Assembly (NCBI GenBank): GCA_903813345.2
Contig: CAIIXF020000001.1
Span: 33,976,001 to 34,040,000 of the forward strand
Direction: 5' to 3'
Origin: Owenia fusiformis
Taxonomy: Eukaryota
Length of the DNA stretch: 64,000 bases
The notes beneath the pieces are model-generated. The model saw nothing but the letters and a program-made list of their open reading frames with translations, did not search any database and was not told where the DNA came from. The position numbers and the translations under genes are program-made. Positions 12,193 through 25,292 of this stretch are shown here, one piece after another. The first letter of the stretch is position 1, and each line of letters begins with the position of its first letter.

Positions 12193-14956
12193 GAACCTCT
12201 GTAGCCGCGTAACGAGTGTATCTAGCGGAGCCACTGAATGCATGCTCCTAGGCTTACATCCAGATTCCAGAACCTCTGTAGCCGCGTAGACAGTGTAGCT
12301 AGCGTAGCCACTGCATGCATGCTAGGCTTACATCCAGACCCTGTGTAGCAGCGTAGTCATTGAAGCTAGCGTAGCCACCGCATGCATACTCGTTAGGTTA
12401 CCTCTATAGACTCTGTAGTAGCGTACCCAGTGTAGCTAGCGGAGTCACTGAATGCATGCTCCTAGGCTTACATCCAGACCCTGTGTAGCAGCGTAGTCAG
12501 AGTAGCTAGTCAGATAATGCCTGCTCCTAAGCTTACCCTGTGTAGCAGCGTAGTCAGCGTAGTCAGAATAGCTAGAGTAGCCTCCAAATGCCTGCTCCTA
12601 AGCTTAACTCAAGAACCTCTGTAGCTGAGTAGCGAGTGTAGCTAGCGTAGCCACCAAATGCATGCCCCTAAGGTTACTTCTTTACCCTCTGTAGTCATGT
12701 GGCCATTGTAGCTAGCGTAGCCACTGAATGCATGCTCCTTAGCTTACCTCTATACACCAGTAGTCGCGTAGACAGTGAAGCTAGCGTAGCCACTGAATGC
12801 ATGCTCCTAGGCATACTTCTGGACCCTGTGTAGCCGCCTAGCCAGTGCAGCTAGCATAGCTACCGCATACATTCTCCTTAGGTTACCTCTATACACTCTG
12901 TAGCAGCGTACCTAGTGTAGCTAGTGTAGTCACAGAATGCATGCTCTTAGGCTTAGATCCAGACCCTGTGAAGCAGCGTAGTCAGTGACGCCAGAGTAGC
13001 CTCCGTATACCTGCTCCTAGGCTTAAGTCCAGAACCTCTGTAGCCGCGTAGCGAGTGTAGCTAGCGTAGCCATTGCATGCATGCTCCTTAGGTTACCTCT
13101 ATACACTCTGTAGTATCGTAGCCAGTGTAGCTAGCGTAGCCACTGAATGCATGCTCCTTGGCTTACATCCAGACCCTGTGTAGCGTAGTCAGTGTAGCTA
13201 GCGTAGCCTCTGGACCCTGTGTAGCTGCGTAGCCAGTGCAGCTAGCATAGCTACCGCATACATTCTCCTAAGGTAACCTCTATACCCTCTGTAGGCGCGT
13301 AGCGAGTGTAGCTAGCGTAGCCACCGCATGCATGCTCCTAAGGTTACCTCTATACCCTCTGTAGTGGCGTAGCCAGTGTAGCTAGCGTAGCCAATGAATA
13401 CATGCTCCTAGGCTTACTTCCAGACCCTGTGTAGCAGCGTAGTCAGTGTAGTTAGCGTATCCTCCGAATGCCTGCTCATAGGCTTGCCTTCAGAATCTAT
13501 GTAGCCGCGTAGCGAGTGTAGCTAGCGTAGCAACTGAACGCATGCTCCTAGGCTTACATCCAGACCCTGTGTAGCAGCGTAGTCAGTGTAGCTAGAGTGG
13601 CCATTGAATGCATGCTCCTAGGCTTACTTCCAGACCCTCTGTAGCGGCGTAGACAGTGTGGCTAGCAAAGCCACCCCATTCATGCTCCTAAGGTTACTCC
13701 TATACCCTCTGTAGAGGGTCTGGAGGTAAGCCTAGCAGAATGCACCGCATGCGTAGTCCATGGGTTACCTCTATACCCCAGTAATCGCGAAGCCAGTGTA
13801 GCTAGCGTAGCCACTGAATGCATGCTCCTTAGGTTACCTCTATACCCTCTGTAGTGGCGTAGCCAGGTAGCTAGCGTAGCCACAGAATGCATTCTGCTAG
13901 GCTTACCTCCAGACCCTGTGTAGCCGCGTAGCCAGTGTAGCTAGCGTAGCCACAGAATGCATGCTCCTAGGGTTACCTCCAGAACCTCTGTAGCCAGTGT
14001 AGCTAGCGTAGCCACTGAATGCATGCTCCTAGGCTTACATCCAGACCCTGTGTAGCGTAGTCAGTGTAGCTAGCGTAGCCTCTAAACCCTGTGTAGCAGC
14101 GTAGCCAGTGTAGCTAGCATAGCTACCGCATACATTCTCCTAAGGTAACCTCTATACCCTCTGTAGCCGCGTAGCGAGTGTAGCTAGCGTAGCCACCGCA
14201 TGCATGCCACTTAGCTATAGGTTACCTCTGTACCCACTGTTGTGGCGTTATCAGTGTAGCTAGCGTAGCCACCGAATGCCTGCTCCTATACTCACCTCAA
14301 AAACCTGTCTAGCCGCGCAGCAAGTTTAACTACCCTAGCCACCGCATGCATGCTCCTAGGCTTACATCCAGAACTGCTGTAGCCGCGTAGCTTGCATGCT
14401 CCTAGGGTTACCTCCATACCATGTGTAGCTACGTAGCCAGTGTAGCTAGCGAAGCTACGGCAACCCTCTGCAGCCGCGTAGCCAGTGTAGCTAGTGTAGC
14501 CACTGACTGCATGCTCCTAGGCCTACCCCCAGACCCCGTGTAGCCGCTTAGCCAGTGTAGCTAGCGTAGCCCCCGAATACATGCCCCTAGGCTTATCCCC
14601 AGAACCTCTGTGGTCGCGTAGCCAGTGTAGCTAACGTAGCCACCGAATGCCTGCTCCTAGGGTTACCTCCAGAACCTCTGTAGCGAGTGTAACTAGCGTA
14701 GCCACCGCATGCATGCTCCTAGGGTTACCTACAGACCATGTGTAGCTACGTAGCCAGTGTATCTAGCGTAGCCACTCCCTGCATGCTCCTAGGCTTACCC
14801 CCAGACCCTCTGTAGCCGCTTAGCCAGTGTTGCTAGCGTAGCCACAGAATGCATGCTCCTAGGGTTACCTCCAGAACCTCTGTAGGCAGTGTAGCTAGCG
14901 TAGCCACTGCATGCATGCTCTTTATGTTACCTCCACCCGCGTACCCATTGTAGCAC

Positions 14957-15086
14957 CATTAAAACAAGTACGATCTCAAACATTATACTAATACTATTTA
15001 AGAAAGTACTCAGACTTAATTGATAAAATCTGAGTACTTTCTTAGATAGTATCAGTATAATGTTTGAGATTGTACTTGTTTTAATG
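14957..15086. repeat. Imperfect palindrome at the satellite boundary
   Basis: cattaaaacaagtacgatctcaaacattatac...aagaaagtactcaga pairs with tctgagtactttctt...gtataatgtttgagattgtacttgttttaatg; the arm recurs at ~15176-15206. Confidence 0.85.
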
Positions 15087-15206
15087 TCTCAAGTCAAGTC
15101 TGTGTACACCATATTAGCAGGGGTACATGGACTTATTGCAAGACTAGGTTACTGAACACTAAATAGTTTGGTGACCATTAAAACAATTACAATCTCAAGC
15201 ATTATA

Positions 15207-16204
15207 CAGGGCGTATAAAAAAACGCAACAAGTAGTTATCTCGTAAAATCACAAAACTAGTGATGACATCAATTTCATTTAATGTACCATAAAGCCATGT
15301 CTCTCCTCTTTGCAATGATATGTCATTCATTCACATGTGGTAATGGTTGGGTGAGAAATCCTTCCATTTGCACAGTGGGTCAAAATCGGCTCTGCGCCAA
15401 GTTTTAGATATTGAAAAAATCAGTGCAAGGGCTATTAGTGCCAATGGAAGTTCCCCTGACTTAAATTGTTGTGACTTTTTCTTTTGGAGCTATCTCAGGA
15501 GCATCTGTGCTCACAATTCCTCCACCAGATATTGCTAAACCTCGAGAAAGATTTGCCCATGGGCTGCTTTTCTTTGCTTTAACCCACACATGATTCAGGG
15601 CTGAACCATGCATCATGTGGACAGATGAGCGCATCTTTATGTGCAAGGAAGTGGTGGCAATTTGGAGGGGTATAGGATGTATTCTTGCAAGAGTATGAGT
15701 ATGAACACTTTACTGTCTATGCCATACCTGTCACACCTTCTTCCAATAGCCCCTATGCCCCTTGTACTGACTTTTGCAATGTTTTAAACTTGGGTCCGAG
15801 CTGAATTTTGCCCCACTTTGCAAAATTAATGATTATTCGGCCAGAGATGACCCCCCTGTGAATGAATGATATTCCATTGCAAAGAAGAGTAATTTGGCTT
15901 TTTGGTACATTGAATTAAAAGGATGCAGTCAGCATTGATTTTATGTTTTCGTCCAATATTGCATCGGGCTCCGCACACTGACTTTTGCAATGTTTATAAC
16001 TTGGCCCTAAGCTAATTTTGGCCCACTTTGCAAATGGAATGATTACTCACTCAACCATGACCACCATCACCCACCAATGAATGATATATCATTGTAAAGA
16101 GGAGACACGTAGCTTTATGGTGCATTGAATGAAATCAATGCTGTTATCACTGGTTTTGTGCTTTTCCAAGATAACAATCTGTTGCGTTTTTTTTATACGC
16201 ACTG
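15207..16204 (+). mobile_element. Non-autonomous Tc1/mariner element retaining a transposase remnant
   Basis: TA|CAGGGCGTATAAAAAAACGCAACA...TGTTGCGTTTTTTTTATACGCACTG|TA; internal SPDLNCCDFFFWSYLR resembles the Tc1/mariner SPDLNPxDFxLWGYLK motif. Confidence 0.9.
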
Positions 16205-16251
16205 TATATACATGTGGATCGACCATTCAACACAAATAAATACTTACTTAA

Positions 16252-16883
16252 GGTGCTATGGAAGTTCACAGGAAATGACAAAACAGGAAGTGACAAAAAA
16301 TTTTGCATTTTTTGAACAAAGATAACAAAGTTCTGGTTTGACCTCCAATCAATTTAACTATTTCCACATATCATTTACATGACCAGGATCACAATGTGCA
16401 TGGTCAGAATGACCCTAAACATAATGAAATAACCTTTTTAGCCCTTTGAAGATGTGACTGAAAATGTGCCCAATATAATGCTCTAACTGATACAATCTTT
16501 GAAATTTCAGAAAATTGTCTTAAACAAAAATGGCGATCATAAAAAGGAAAATAGATCGCTTTTCAAATCAGTTTTTTCATTTTTTTTCTTTTTCTATGAA
16601 TGATATTAAATTTTCAAAGATTGTATCACATATTGGACACATTTTCTGAAAAATTCAAATGATTCTGTTAGCTATTTTTCAGTCACAATTTCATAGGGCT
16701 GAAAAGGTTATTTCATCATGTTTTTGGTCATTCTGACCATGAAAATTGTGATCCTAGACCTGTAAATGGTATTTGGAACTAGTTGAATTGACTGGAGGTC
16801 AAAACAGAACTCTGTTATCTTTGTTCAAAAAATGTCTAAAAATGCAAAAAAGTTGTCACTTCCTGTTTTGTCATTTCCTGTGT
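16252..16883. mobile_element. Palindromic MITE with TTAA target (Kolobok-like termini), right tip missing
   Basis: TTAA|GGTGCTATGGAAGTT.ACAGGAAATGAC start; inverted arms; homologous to 26614-27358. Confidence 0.75.
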
Positions 16884-18084
16884 TTTTTAATATACTCCTC
16901 AAAAAAGTTAAGGACCTCATAGGTTTACATGTTAACCCTCATATTTGTTTAACGACTGTTTTCTAAGCGGGGAACAAAAGAAATCCCAATAAAGAAAATA
17001 AATCTGTATCTTGATTCTATTCACTATAAAGTCCGCAACGTTTCAATGTTATATCTCCATTACATTGGGTCAAAATTTGATGTCAAAATTGATGAATTTC
17101 ATGAAATTTAACAAAAATGGCAGATCCCATGTTAAACAAATGGGGAATGGTTGGGTTGCCATAAGTCATATGAGGAACGACCCATCATCCGATTGCTCTC
17201 AAAATTGAGATTGCAAGAGATAGTTAAATTTGCTAAATTGTCTACTCGACAAAAATATGATTTAATTAGAGTAAGTAGCGATCAATTACTGTTCTATTTA
17301 TTGAGTTCCAATTATAGTCTTGTTTTGTGATCAATATCAAAACGGGATATGGCGTCAATAACTTGTTATTTAACTTAAAAGTGATGACGTCACCAATTCC
17401 ACCAATGTAAACTTAAGAGATGACAGCTAGCTTTCGACGAGGACAGAGCTCCGTTCAATTCCATAATCTATGTGAAGTTGGACGAATATTTTTGGACTTT
17501 GACAATTTTCATAAGAAAGTGCAGGTCAATGGGTTTTTATAACTTTCTTTTTAGCCCGCTTTTTGACACCCTGTACGTCGAAGGTGAAGGTCGAAGGTGC
17601 AGATCGAAGGTCGAAGGATTTTTATAACATTCCGATATATTACAATTTTTGTAGATCATACATGAACATAAGAGACCTTAAGATATACGGACGACCTGTA
17701 CGTGTACCTGTAATTACACATACACGTACAGTTTTTTTAAATGTTCCTTTTGTGCGCCTAAAACAAGTCCTTAGTCACTCGTCGACGTGTACGTGTACGA
17801 AACAAGGAATTAGTGGGTATCTGGTGATGAAAGTATGATATTTTAAATCGGCCTACACACATATCCATAGTGATTCTGTATGGGGGAAGTGTAATTTGCT
17901 TTAGGCATACAGATATACCAATGGGTGTTAGGTGTTTGGGTGAGGTAAAGATTTTTTATTTATTTCCAATTGTTGCTATGTAGATATTGATCTTGATAAT
18001 TGTCTCTTGATAATTTGAGGAGATTTGTTTATGTGTTAATCTGCTTGATTGCTTGTTTGTTTTATGTTCTTACTATAAAGCACG

Positions 18085-18570
18085 GTGGTCTGTCTGCCTG
18101 CCAACATGTCGTTCAGCCTGTTAGCCTGTCGTTCTGACTCCCAGCCTATCGGTCTGCCAGGCTGTCCGTCTGTCACCCTGTCGGTCTGCCAGCCTGCCGG
18201 CATATCGGTCTGTCGTTCTGTCTGCCAGGCTGTCGTTCTGTCTGCAAGCCTGTCGGTCTGCCAGCCTGCCAACATGCCGGTCTGTCAGCCTGCCAGCCTG
18301 TTGTTCTGTCTGCCAGCCTATGGTTCTGTCTGCCAGCATGTCGTTCTGTCTGCCAGTATGTCAGCCTGTCGGTCTACCAACAAGTCGGCCTTTAAGATTG
18401 CCGGTCTGCCAGCCTGCTGGCATGCCGGTCTGTCAGACTCCCAGCCTGTCGTTCTGTCTGCCAGCCTGTCGGTCTGCCAACCTGCCGGTCTGTCATGATC
18501 AGACTGTCTGTCTGTCCGTCCGTCCGTCCGTTCTTCCGTCTGTCCGCCCGCCTGTCTGTCTACAGTAGGT
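18085..18570. repeat. Low-complexity CTGC/CTGT/CCGT tetramer-based repeat
   Basis: Reiterated gtctgccagcctgtcg motifs ending in (tccg)n; explains the four overlapping repetitive ORFs here. Confidence 0.9.
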
Positions 18571-18915
18571 CTGCCTACTTTTTTCGTTCATGAAGTATTA
18601 TCTTTCTGAATCCTAAGTTTTGGGCTCAAACAAATTTGAAAAAGATTTTTTCGTTTTATTTGAAATTTTCTTTTGCTTTATTTGAATTTAAAAAAAAAAG
18701 AATTCAAACAATAATTTGAAAGAAATTAAAAAAAAAATGAGACAAAAAATTTTACCAAAAAAGAATTTTGATTAAAAAGTGATATTCGATGGTTTGGGAC
18801 ATTTTTTGCTAAAATATGATATCTTAATCCACATATCAAATATATATCTTCACGTGATATTCGATCTATATCCTTGCAACCATGGGATAATATAATAATA
18901 TCTTATGGTTTTGTA

Positions 18916-19415
18916 NNNNNNNNNNNNNNNNNNNNNNNNNNNNNNNNNNNNNNNNNNNNNNNNNNNNNNNNNNNNNNNNNNNNNNNNNNNNNNNNNNNNN
19001 NNNNNNNNNNNNNNNNNNNNNNNNNNNNNNNNNNNNNNNNNNNNNNNNNNNNNNNNNNNNNNNNNNNNNNNNNNNNNNNNNNNNNNNNNNNNNNNNNNNN
19101 NNNNNNNNNNNNNNNNNNNNNNNNNNNNNNNNNNNNNNNNNNNNNNNNNNNNNNNNNNNNNNNNNNNNNNNNNNNNNNNNNNNNNNNNNNNNNNNNNNNN
19201 NNNNNNNNNNNNNNNNNNNNNNNNNNNNNNNNNNNNNNNNNNNNNNNNNNNNNNNNNNNNNNNNNNNNNNNNNNNNNNNNNNNNNNNNNNNNNNNNNNNN
19301 NNNNNNNNNNNNNNNNNNNNNNNNNNNNNNNNNNNNNNNNNNNNNNNNNNNNNNNNNNNNNNNNNNNNNNNNNNNNNNNNNNNNNNNNNNNNNNNNNNNN
19401 NNNNNNNNNNNNNNN
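18916..19415. other. Assembly gap (500 N)
   Basis: Run of N. Confidence 1.
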
Positions 19416-19680
19416 AAAATATCATTTATATATGATATATTCACGAGTGAGCGCAGTTGATGAGTGACTATATTGATATCAATGAATGGATATAAATGAT
19501 ATTTTTTAAAACCAATGGATTGTCCGTTTATCCCAGGGAAATCATTACCTATAATGTCCATGAATGGATATATGATATCTTCACAAGTGAGCGCAGTGAA
19601 TGAGAAAAGATATTGATATCCATGAGTGGATATAAATTATATTTTTTTCAAAACCATAGGATTGTCCGTACATACATATA

Positions 19681-20677
19681 CAGGGTGGTCCAAAAAAGTG
19701 AACCCTTGCAACTGGCCATATTTCCCTTATTACTCGCAGGAATTCTTTTATATTTTCACATGTTGTAGAGGAAGGTCTAAAATTTATGTTGGTACCATTC
19801 ATTTTTCTTAGTCATGGAATTTGCAGAAATTATTAGCCCTAACCAAACATTACTGAAAATGGACAAATTGTGATTTGCAATATCCGCGATTCTTCAACTC
19901 TTTAACACCTTTCCCCTGAGAATTATTTAAGCTGCAGTCTTAAAGAACTAATATTTTCTGACTTTGTTCACTTTTAAATCCTGCACATTATGGCTTAAAA
20001 CTAGCATCCTGCATTTGTTAGTTGCAAAGTTATTGTGATCTAAAGAGATGTGCTAAGCTTCCACAGATGAAAACATTTTCCAGTGAAATCATGAACATAC
20101 CCCTATATGATCTTGAAATGTCAATATCTTCATAAATCATGGACCAATTCTAATGATATATGGCTCAAAACATTGAATATTGGATTTTCTTTTGATTTTT
20201 TAAAGATATTTGATGAAAGGGTTATCAGATTCCTGGTCACAGGGGGAAACTTCCTTCCATAAGAGGCATTCTTCTAACTGTTGGTGTAGGTAACATACCC
20301 CTGAACTGTTGAACAGTTAAAAATACTTCAAAATGATCAATGAAAGTGTGAAATGTGTTTTCTGCTTGAATAGTGTCCCTTTTGTCATATGGTAGGGTTT
20401 TAAACTTGTATCTCTAACTGAAAGCTGTTTAAGATCATCCAATGTGTTTCAACAATTTCCGTGAATCACATTTGTAAAATTTTGTACAATATCTAATTTC
20501 CAGGCATGTTCGTTAAACGCTTGTAATTTCTTCAAAATTTAAGACTGAGAATAAATTATGGCATCAACCAAAATTTTAGACCTTTCTCTACAACATGTGA
20601 TAATATGAGCCAATTCATGCATGTATTAAGAAAAATGTAGCCTGTTGCAGGGGTTCACTTTTTTTTGGACCACCCTG
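19681..20677. mobile_element. Tc1/mariner-type MITE (CAGGGTGGTCCAAAAAA family)
   Basis: TA|CAGGGTGGTCCAAAAAAGTGAACCC...GGGTTCACTTTTTTTTGGACCACCCTG|TA; inverted sister copy at 54166-55139. Confidence 0.95.
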
Positions 20678-21764
20678 TATATCCCCCGCTGTATATCTCT
20701 CGCTCCAATATTCCGGGGAAAACGTTTTTGTCCAGTGTAGAAACAGTCAATTTTTTATATGTTATATCTTGCAAAAGCGAAACTGTCAAAATGGATGCAG
20801 CAGACGGTAGCATTTCTTTTGACCAAAATGTTGATGTTTTTTTCGAAAATAATGAGAATGAGAACATTTTAAAAAACAAATCTGCACTATTGGTGTCCTA
20901 AAAACCGCACTCGTGAAATCTTACTTGTCATGAGATAAATCAGTTATGCGATGCTTGGTTTTTAATATGGGGTATATTCCTCGGGAAATATGATGTCTTA
21001 CCTCGGACCGTCCGGGCCCTCGGTAAGATATCTATATTCCCCTTAGCAAGATAGGATATATCCCAAATACAGAACCTCCCATAACCCTCATTTATCCCAT
21101 GGTTGCAAGGATATAGATCGAATATCACCTGAAGATATATTTGATATGTGGATCAAGATATCATATTTTAGCAAAAAACAACCATCGAATATCACTTTTG
21201 AAACCATCGAATCTCACTTTTTCATATTAGAAAATTTGAAACCATCGAGTATCACTTTTTATATTAAAAGTGATATTCCATGGTTTCAAAAGTGATATTT
21301 GATGGTTTCGATTTTTTAAAATATTCCTATACTTTACATCAAACAACTGATCAACAGAACAAAACAGTCTGGCATGTAAAGGAGAAAGCGAAATAGTCTA
21401 GTCTGCCGGAACAGTATGGCTTTCACATAAGTGATACGATAATGGCAATACGAATTGCCATTATTTCATACTTGAAATTATCTGCAACTTTACCCATAGG
21501 ATTCGTTATTTATTGAACCATGGCACATACACAGCTATTCGACAGATATGTTACTTTTAAATTATATAGTAACATTATAAACAGCACATTGCTGTTTTAG
21601 TCATTTATCAATGGTTCAAAACTCACGTTCCAACCAACCTGTAAAGTGCCAAATTCACGTCTTGCCGCTCGTGTAAAATGAATGAGACCGTGAAATAAAT
21701 AGTACATAGTTATGTAATACTGATCTCACTCACAATCTTTCGCGTACAGGTTCACATCATTAGT

Positions 21765-23370
21765 AGAGAGGTTAAGCTACACGTATTTAACAAAACTTGG
21801 ACGTGAACTTCAATACGCGCGCAGATAAATGACGTCAGGTTTGTTTATTTCCTTTGGGCCAGCGTGAAGTTTACAGGTTTTTACATGAGATTATCATATT
21901 CGTGCAATTTGCAGACGCGTATTCAACAAAGCATGAACGTGTACTTCTATGCGCGCGCAGGAAAATGACGTCAGATTAGTCTACTTTCTACAGGTAGGCG
22001 TGAAAGTTACAGGTTTTTACGTGTAGATGAGTGATTACACGTCCCTAATTACGTGATTGATTTTAGCTATGTTCTAGGATGGCCCTGGAGCCCATATTTG
22101 ATACAGACAATCTTACTTGTTATATTGGTAAACCTCAATCCTTAATTGGAAATTAGAATACATTTTAATGGGTAAATGACATTTTCAAATGTGATCGTTT
22201 GTTCATTCCGTACAATATAAATTGGCAAGACCTATTTGATGCCCGGGGCTTAGTAAAATATGTATACTAAACGAAATGAAATGACAACCAGGGCAAGAAA
22301 GGATTTAGTGCGCCCTCCATTATGATCTCCCCATGAACAAAAATAAATTCATCTGATTTTTCAAAATAAATATACTGCTGTTTATTATTACATTTGTATG
22401 TACACTAGTATCTTGTTGACCTATATTCAGCACTGGATGGGCCACTTATTAAGGACAATATTCAATCATAAAGTGTACAGGGGTAGAGATGCCAAACCAT
22501 GAAGTCTTTTTGTGTCTGTCAAAATCCATTTGCACCCTACACATCCCTACATCTTATCCAAATATGTTATTAATTAATGAAACATAAAAGTATAATTTTT
22601 GTATTTACGAAGTTGTATGGGATTTCATAAGTGTAAAAGTTGCTTTTGAAGCATTTTTCTATTGCCATATTGTAGGAAAAAATGATGAAATCTTTTAATT
22701 TGAAGTTTGACCTGAATCGATTGCAAACTTTATATTTGCACATCTGATGTGATATACCATTTGTGTCATATTGCGAAATTATTTAATTTGCAATCGATTC
22801 AGGTCATAGTGTATTTTAGGTATTTTTGTGAAAATCAATAGAAACCAATGGTCTCCATCGGAATCTGATGGTATCCACATGTTAAGTCAATAGAACACAT
22901 CTAATGTCAAGTCAATATACCCTTGCTGAACTTAATGACCTCAACCTCCGCCAATGTGGGTCCAAACGCTGAAATATTTTCCAAAGTATTATGTGACATT
23001 GTATTCTTTATGTAACAGTTAAAAATGATTCATTTTGTTCATGGGGAATCCATTATGGAAAGTGCACTAGACCCTTTAATTGTGGTTGAATATAAAATAA
23101 AGCAAAAATGAAAAACAAAATGTTTTATTGCGACTAGATTCGAACCCAGGCCTAACGAACATACGTGAAGTGCTAGATTGCCGAAGTGCTATCCATTACA
23201 CCATAGAGACATGACCTTTAGAAACAGTCACCACATAAATATAACTCCACGTCCACTGACATGGTTTCAGACGTGTAGCTTAACTGAAAATTTTCTTAAA
23301 CGTGTACTTGAGCGTGGACTTACGCGTTCAGGTTCACGGTTTGCATTTATACGTGTAGCTTAACCTCTCT
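21765..23370. mobile_element. Non-autonomous TIR element C1, 3-bp AGT TSD (PIF/Harbinger-superfamily-like)
   Basis: AGT|AGAGAGGTTAAGCTACACGTA...TACGTGTAGCTTAACCTCTCT|AGT; second copy at 41804-43133. Confidence 0.9.
23128..23210 (-). pseudogene. tRNA-derived (SINE-head-like) segment carried inside element C
   Basis: Reverse complement reads gtctctaTGGTGTAATGGatagcac...cctgGGTTCGAATCtagtcgca (Pol III A and B boxes); also at ~42907-42973. Confidence 0.65.
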
Positions 23371-23684
23371 AGTGTTGGCCTAATAGAGATTTTACATTTT
23401 GGCATGCCATCTCCTGATACCTTGGTGAACTAAGTCATGTGATCATTTATATCCAATCAGAATGCATTTCTGCCACATAGTGATAGCATAGTGATCCAAA
23501 GCTAAACCAAGGTGTAGGAAGGGTTTATATTATCATATAGAAGGGGTGCACTTTTGTAATTGGCCATGGTTGACATGCATGTTTGCAAACTTAGAACTTG
23601 CATCAAGAGCTCTGACTGGCATCCTAACAAAATATTCATACTACACTGATGCCTTGGTCACATTTGCTCCGTTTGTTCAATATT

Positions 23685-24193
23685 GGAGAGGTTAAGCTTT
23701 GCATATATAATCGAAACTGAACCTGTACGTATCACTCGACCATATACAAATTCATGTAGCCTTCTCATATAAATAGCCGTTCAAATCCAGTGTTTGTTTA
23801 GACTACACCATAGCGTGTAATGATTCTATAGTATGTCATTGATGCGGTTTTATAGCTGGTTTTCTAATACATATTTTAAACGAGCTCGTTTCGTAAGATT
23901 TTTGGCGCTAAATCATGCATGACATACATCATCGTGTTCAGCAAGAATTCAACTGTGCATCGAAATCAAAATTGACAGCATAGTGTTCAATAGACTCGAG
24001 TAAAATGGTTCCCGTTGACCGAACGTCAAATATTCAAATCTCCCGTTCTAAACCCGAAACTCTGAAGCTGAAAGAGTATCTGAAGTAGACTAAGCGCGCA
24101 TAAAACTATGAGCGCTCGATACATTCCTTTGTTAATTTTTGTACTTTGCGTTCACGGTTACGTTGTGAAAAACATCGTTAGCTTAACCTCTCC
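23685..24193. mobile_element. MITE with ATT TSD nested in A1
   Basis: ATT|GGAGAGGTTAAGCT...AGCTTAACCTCTCC|ATT; empty site gttcaatATTgtat at ~29225-29238 in A2. Confidence 0.93.
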
Positions 24194-24444
24194 ATTGTAT
24201 CCAATTTTGAACAAAATACTCAATCGGCATGGCGCCGTAGTGAAAATCGGAGCAATCTGCATTACTTGTACACAGTGTATACCAATAGCCCATTTTCAGC
24301 ATAGCAATTTCTAAGAAGGGTTTCCAAAATGCTCCATCATGGAATACCTTGACCCTCTCTTCTTACATGATAGACACAGACATGTTTCTAGATGCGATGT
24401 GTACCAGAATGCAAGCTCTGTCTTCTTCCTAACTTGGCGGGAGG

Positions 24445-25292
24445 TAGTCCAACAACATTAGACCTAGCCCGGGCCTCGTTTCTTATCTGACATGTGTTAT
24501 GGCCCGGCTAGGTCTAACCTCCATGACCATTTTGCCTTTGATGCGTTAATTTAATCGTTCAGCAGGTTTCGACAAGCGGAACAAATTTAACCCTGAAAAC
24601 ATGGCAATATTACACAAAGAATGTGATTCAAACATGCATACATACCTTATAAACACATACACCCCGTCCCGTATCCCCCTTAGACCCTATTGATGCATAA
24701 TTACGAAAATATTGGAGACAGGTTTGGAAATGACGAAAATGTCGGTCAGTTTCGGTAACATCGAAATTGCAAATCGTTTCAGGAATTAACCGTCATCACG
24801 GCACTGCATTAACGAACAGTGGGTTTGCAATTAATAACTGTTTTGCGTGTATACACGCCCTATATAAATTAATCAAAGATACCTGTTATCCTCAAAATTG
24901 ATCTTTTTATCCCGAGTTATCGCGATAATAATTATCAATCTATTTGACAACAATTTCGTTTCGCTGGTAGTTTAATTTTACGATCCGGGACACTCAGACG
25001 AACAGACACAATGACGGACATGCGGAATGTCACTTTAGAGATTGGTAAGTGTAGCCTCATTTTACTCGTATAAATGAACATTTAACACAAAAATATTGTG
25101 TTAAATCGCTTGATGTTATGTGTTTTTATATTATTGTCAAGTATCAGTTGCACGTTATCGCGGAAAAATGGTTTCGATGGATTCAGAACTTGCATCAAAG
25201 GAAAGAATAGTAAGGAGGTTAAACTCAATAATGGCCCCAAAAAATTCCTAATAATAAAGAACGCCGTTATTGAGTTTAACGACGTTGAACTA
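24445..25292. mobile_element. Non-autonomous DNA transposon with 9-bp TSD and TAG termini
   Basis: GGCGGGAGG|TAGTCCAAC...GTTGAACTA|GGCGGGAGG; empty site cttGGCGGGAGGgtgc at ~29471-29486; second copy at 38512-39375. Confidence 0.93.

Larger units (their letters stand above)
1..14935. repeat. Tandem satellite, ~70-bp monomer with several variant monomer types
   Basis: Monomer e.g. 71-140 actgaatgcatgctcctaggcttacatccagaccctgtgtagcagcgtagtcagagtagctagagtagcc; homologous starts at 1, 71, 141. Continues to ~14935 and runs off the left edge of the window. Confidence 0.98.
18775..21200. mobile_element. Long-inverted-repeat element spanning the assembly gap
   Basis: ~18775-18890 (aaaagtgatattcgatggtt...tgcaaccatgggataa) is the reverse complement of ~21092-21199. 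Internal ~140-bp direct repeat at 19430/19570. Exact ends uncertain. Confidence 0.65.

Noticed and set aside
1..14935. CRISPR-like array or coding repeats (ORFs 6707, 7639, 13680)
   Set aside because: No unique spacers; it is a continuous degenerate satellite, and the ORFs are chance stop-free monomers.
18036..18568. Overlapping Cys/Gln-rich ORFs
   Set aside because: Translations of a tetranucleotide-based low-complexity repeat.
18850..19561. ORFs containing poly-X
   Set aside because: Artefacts of the N gap.
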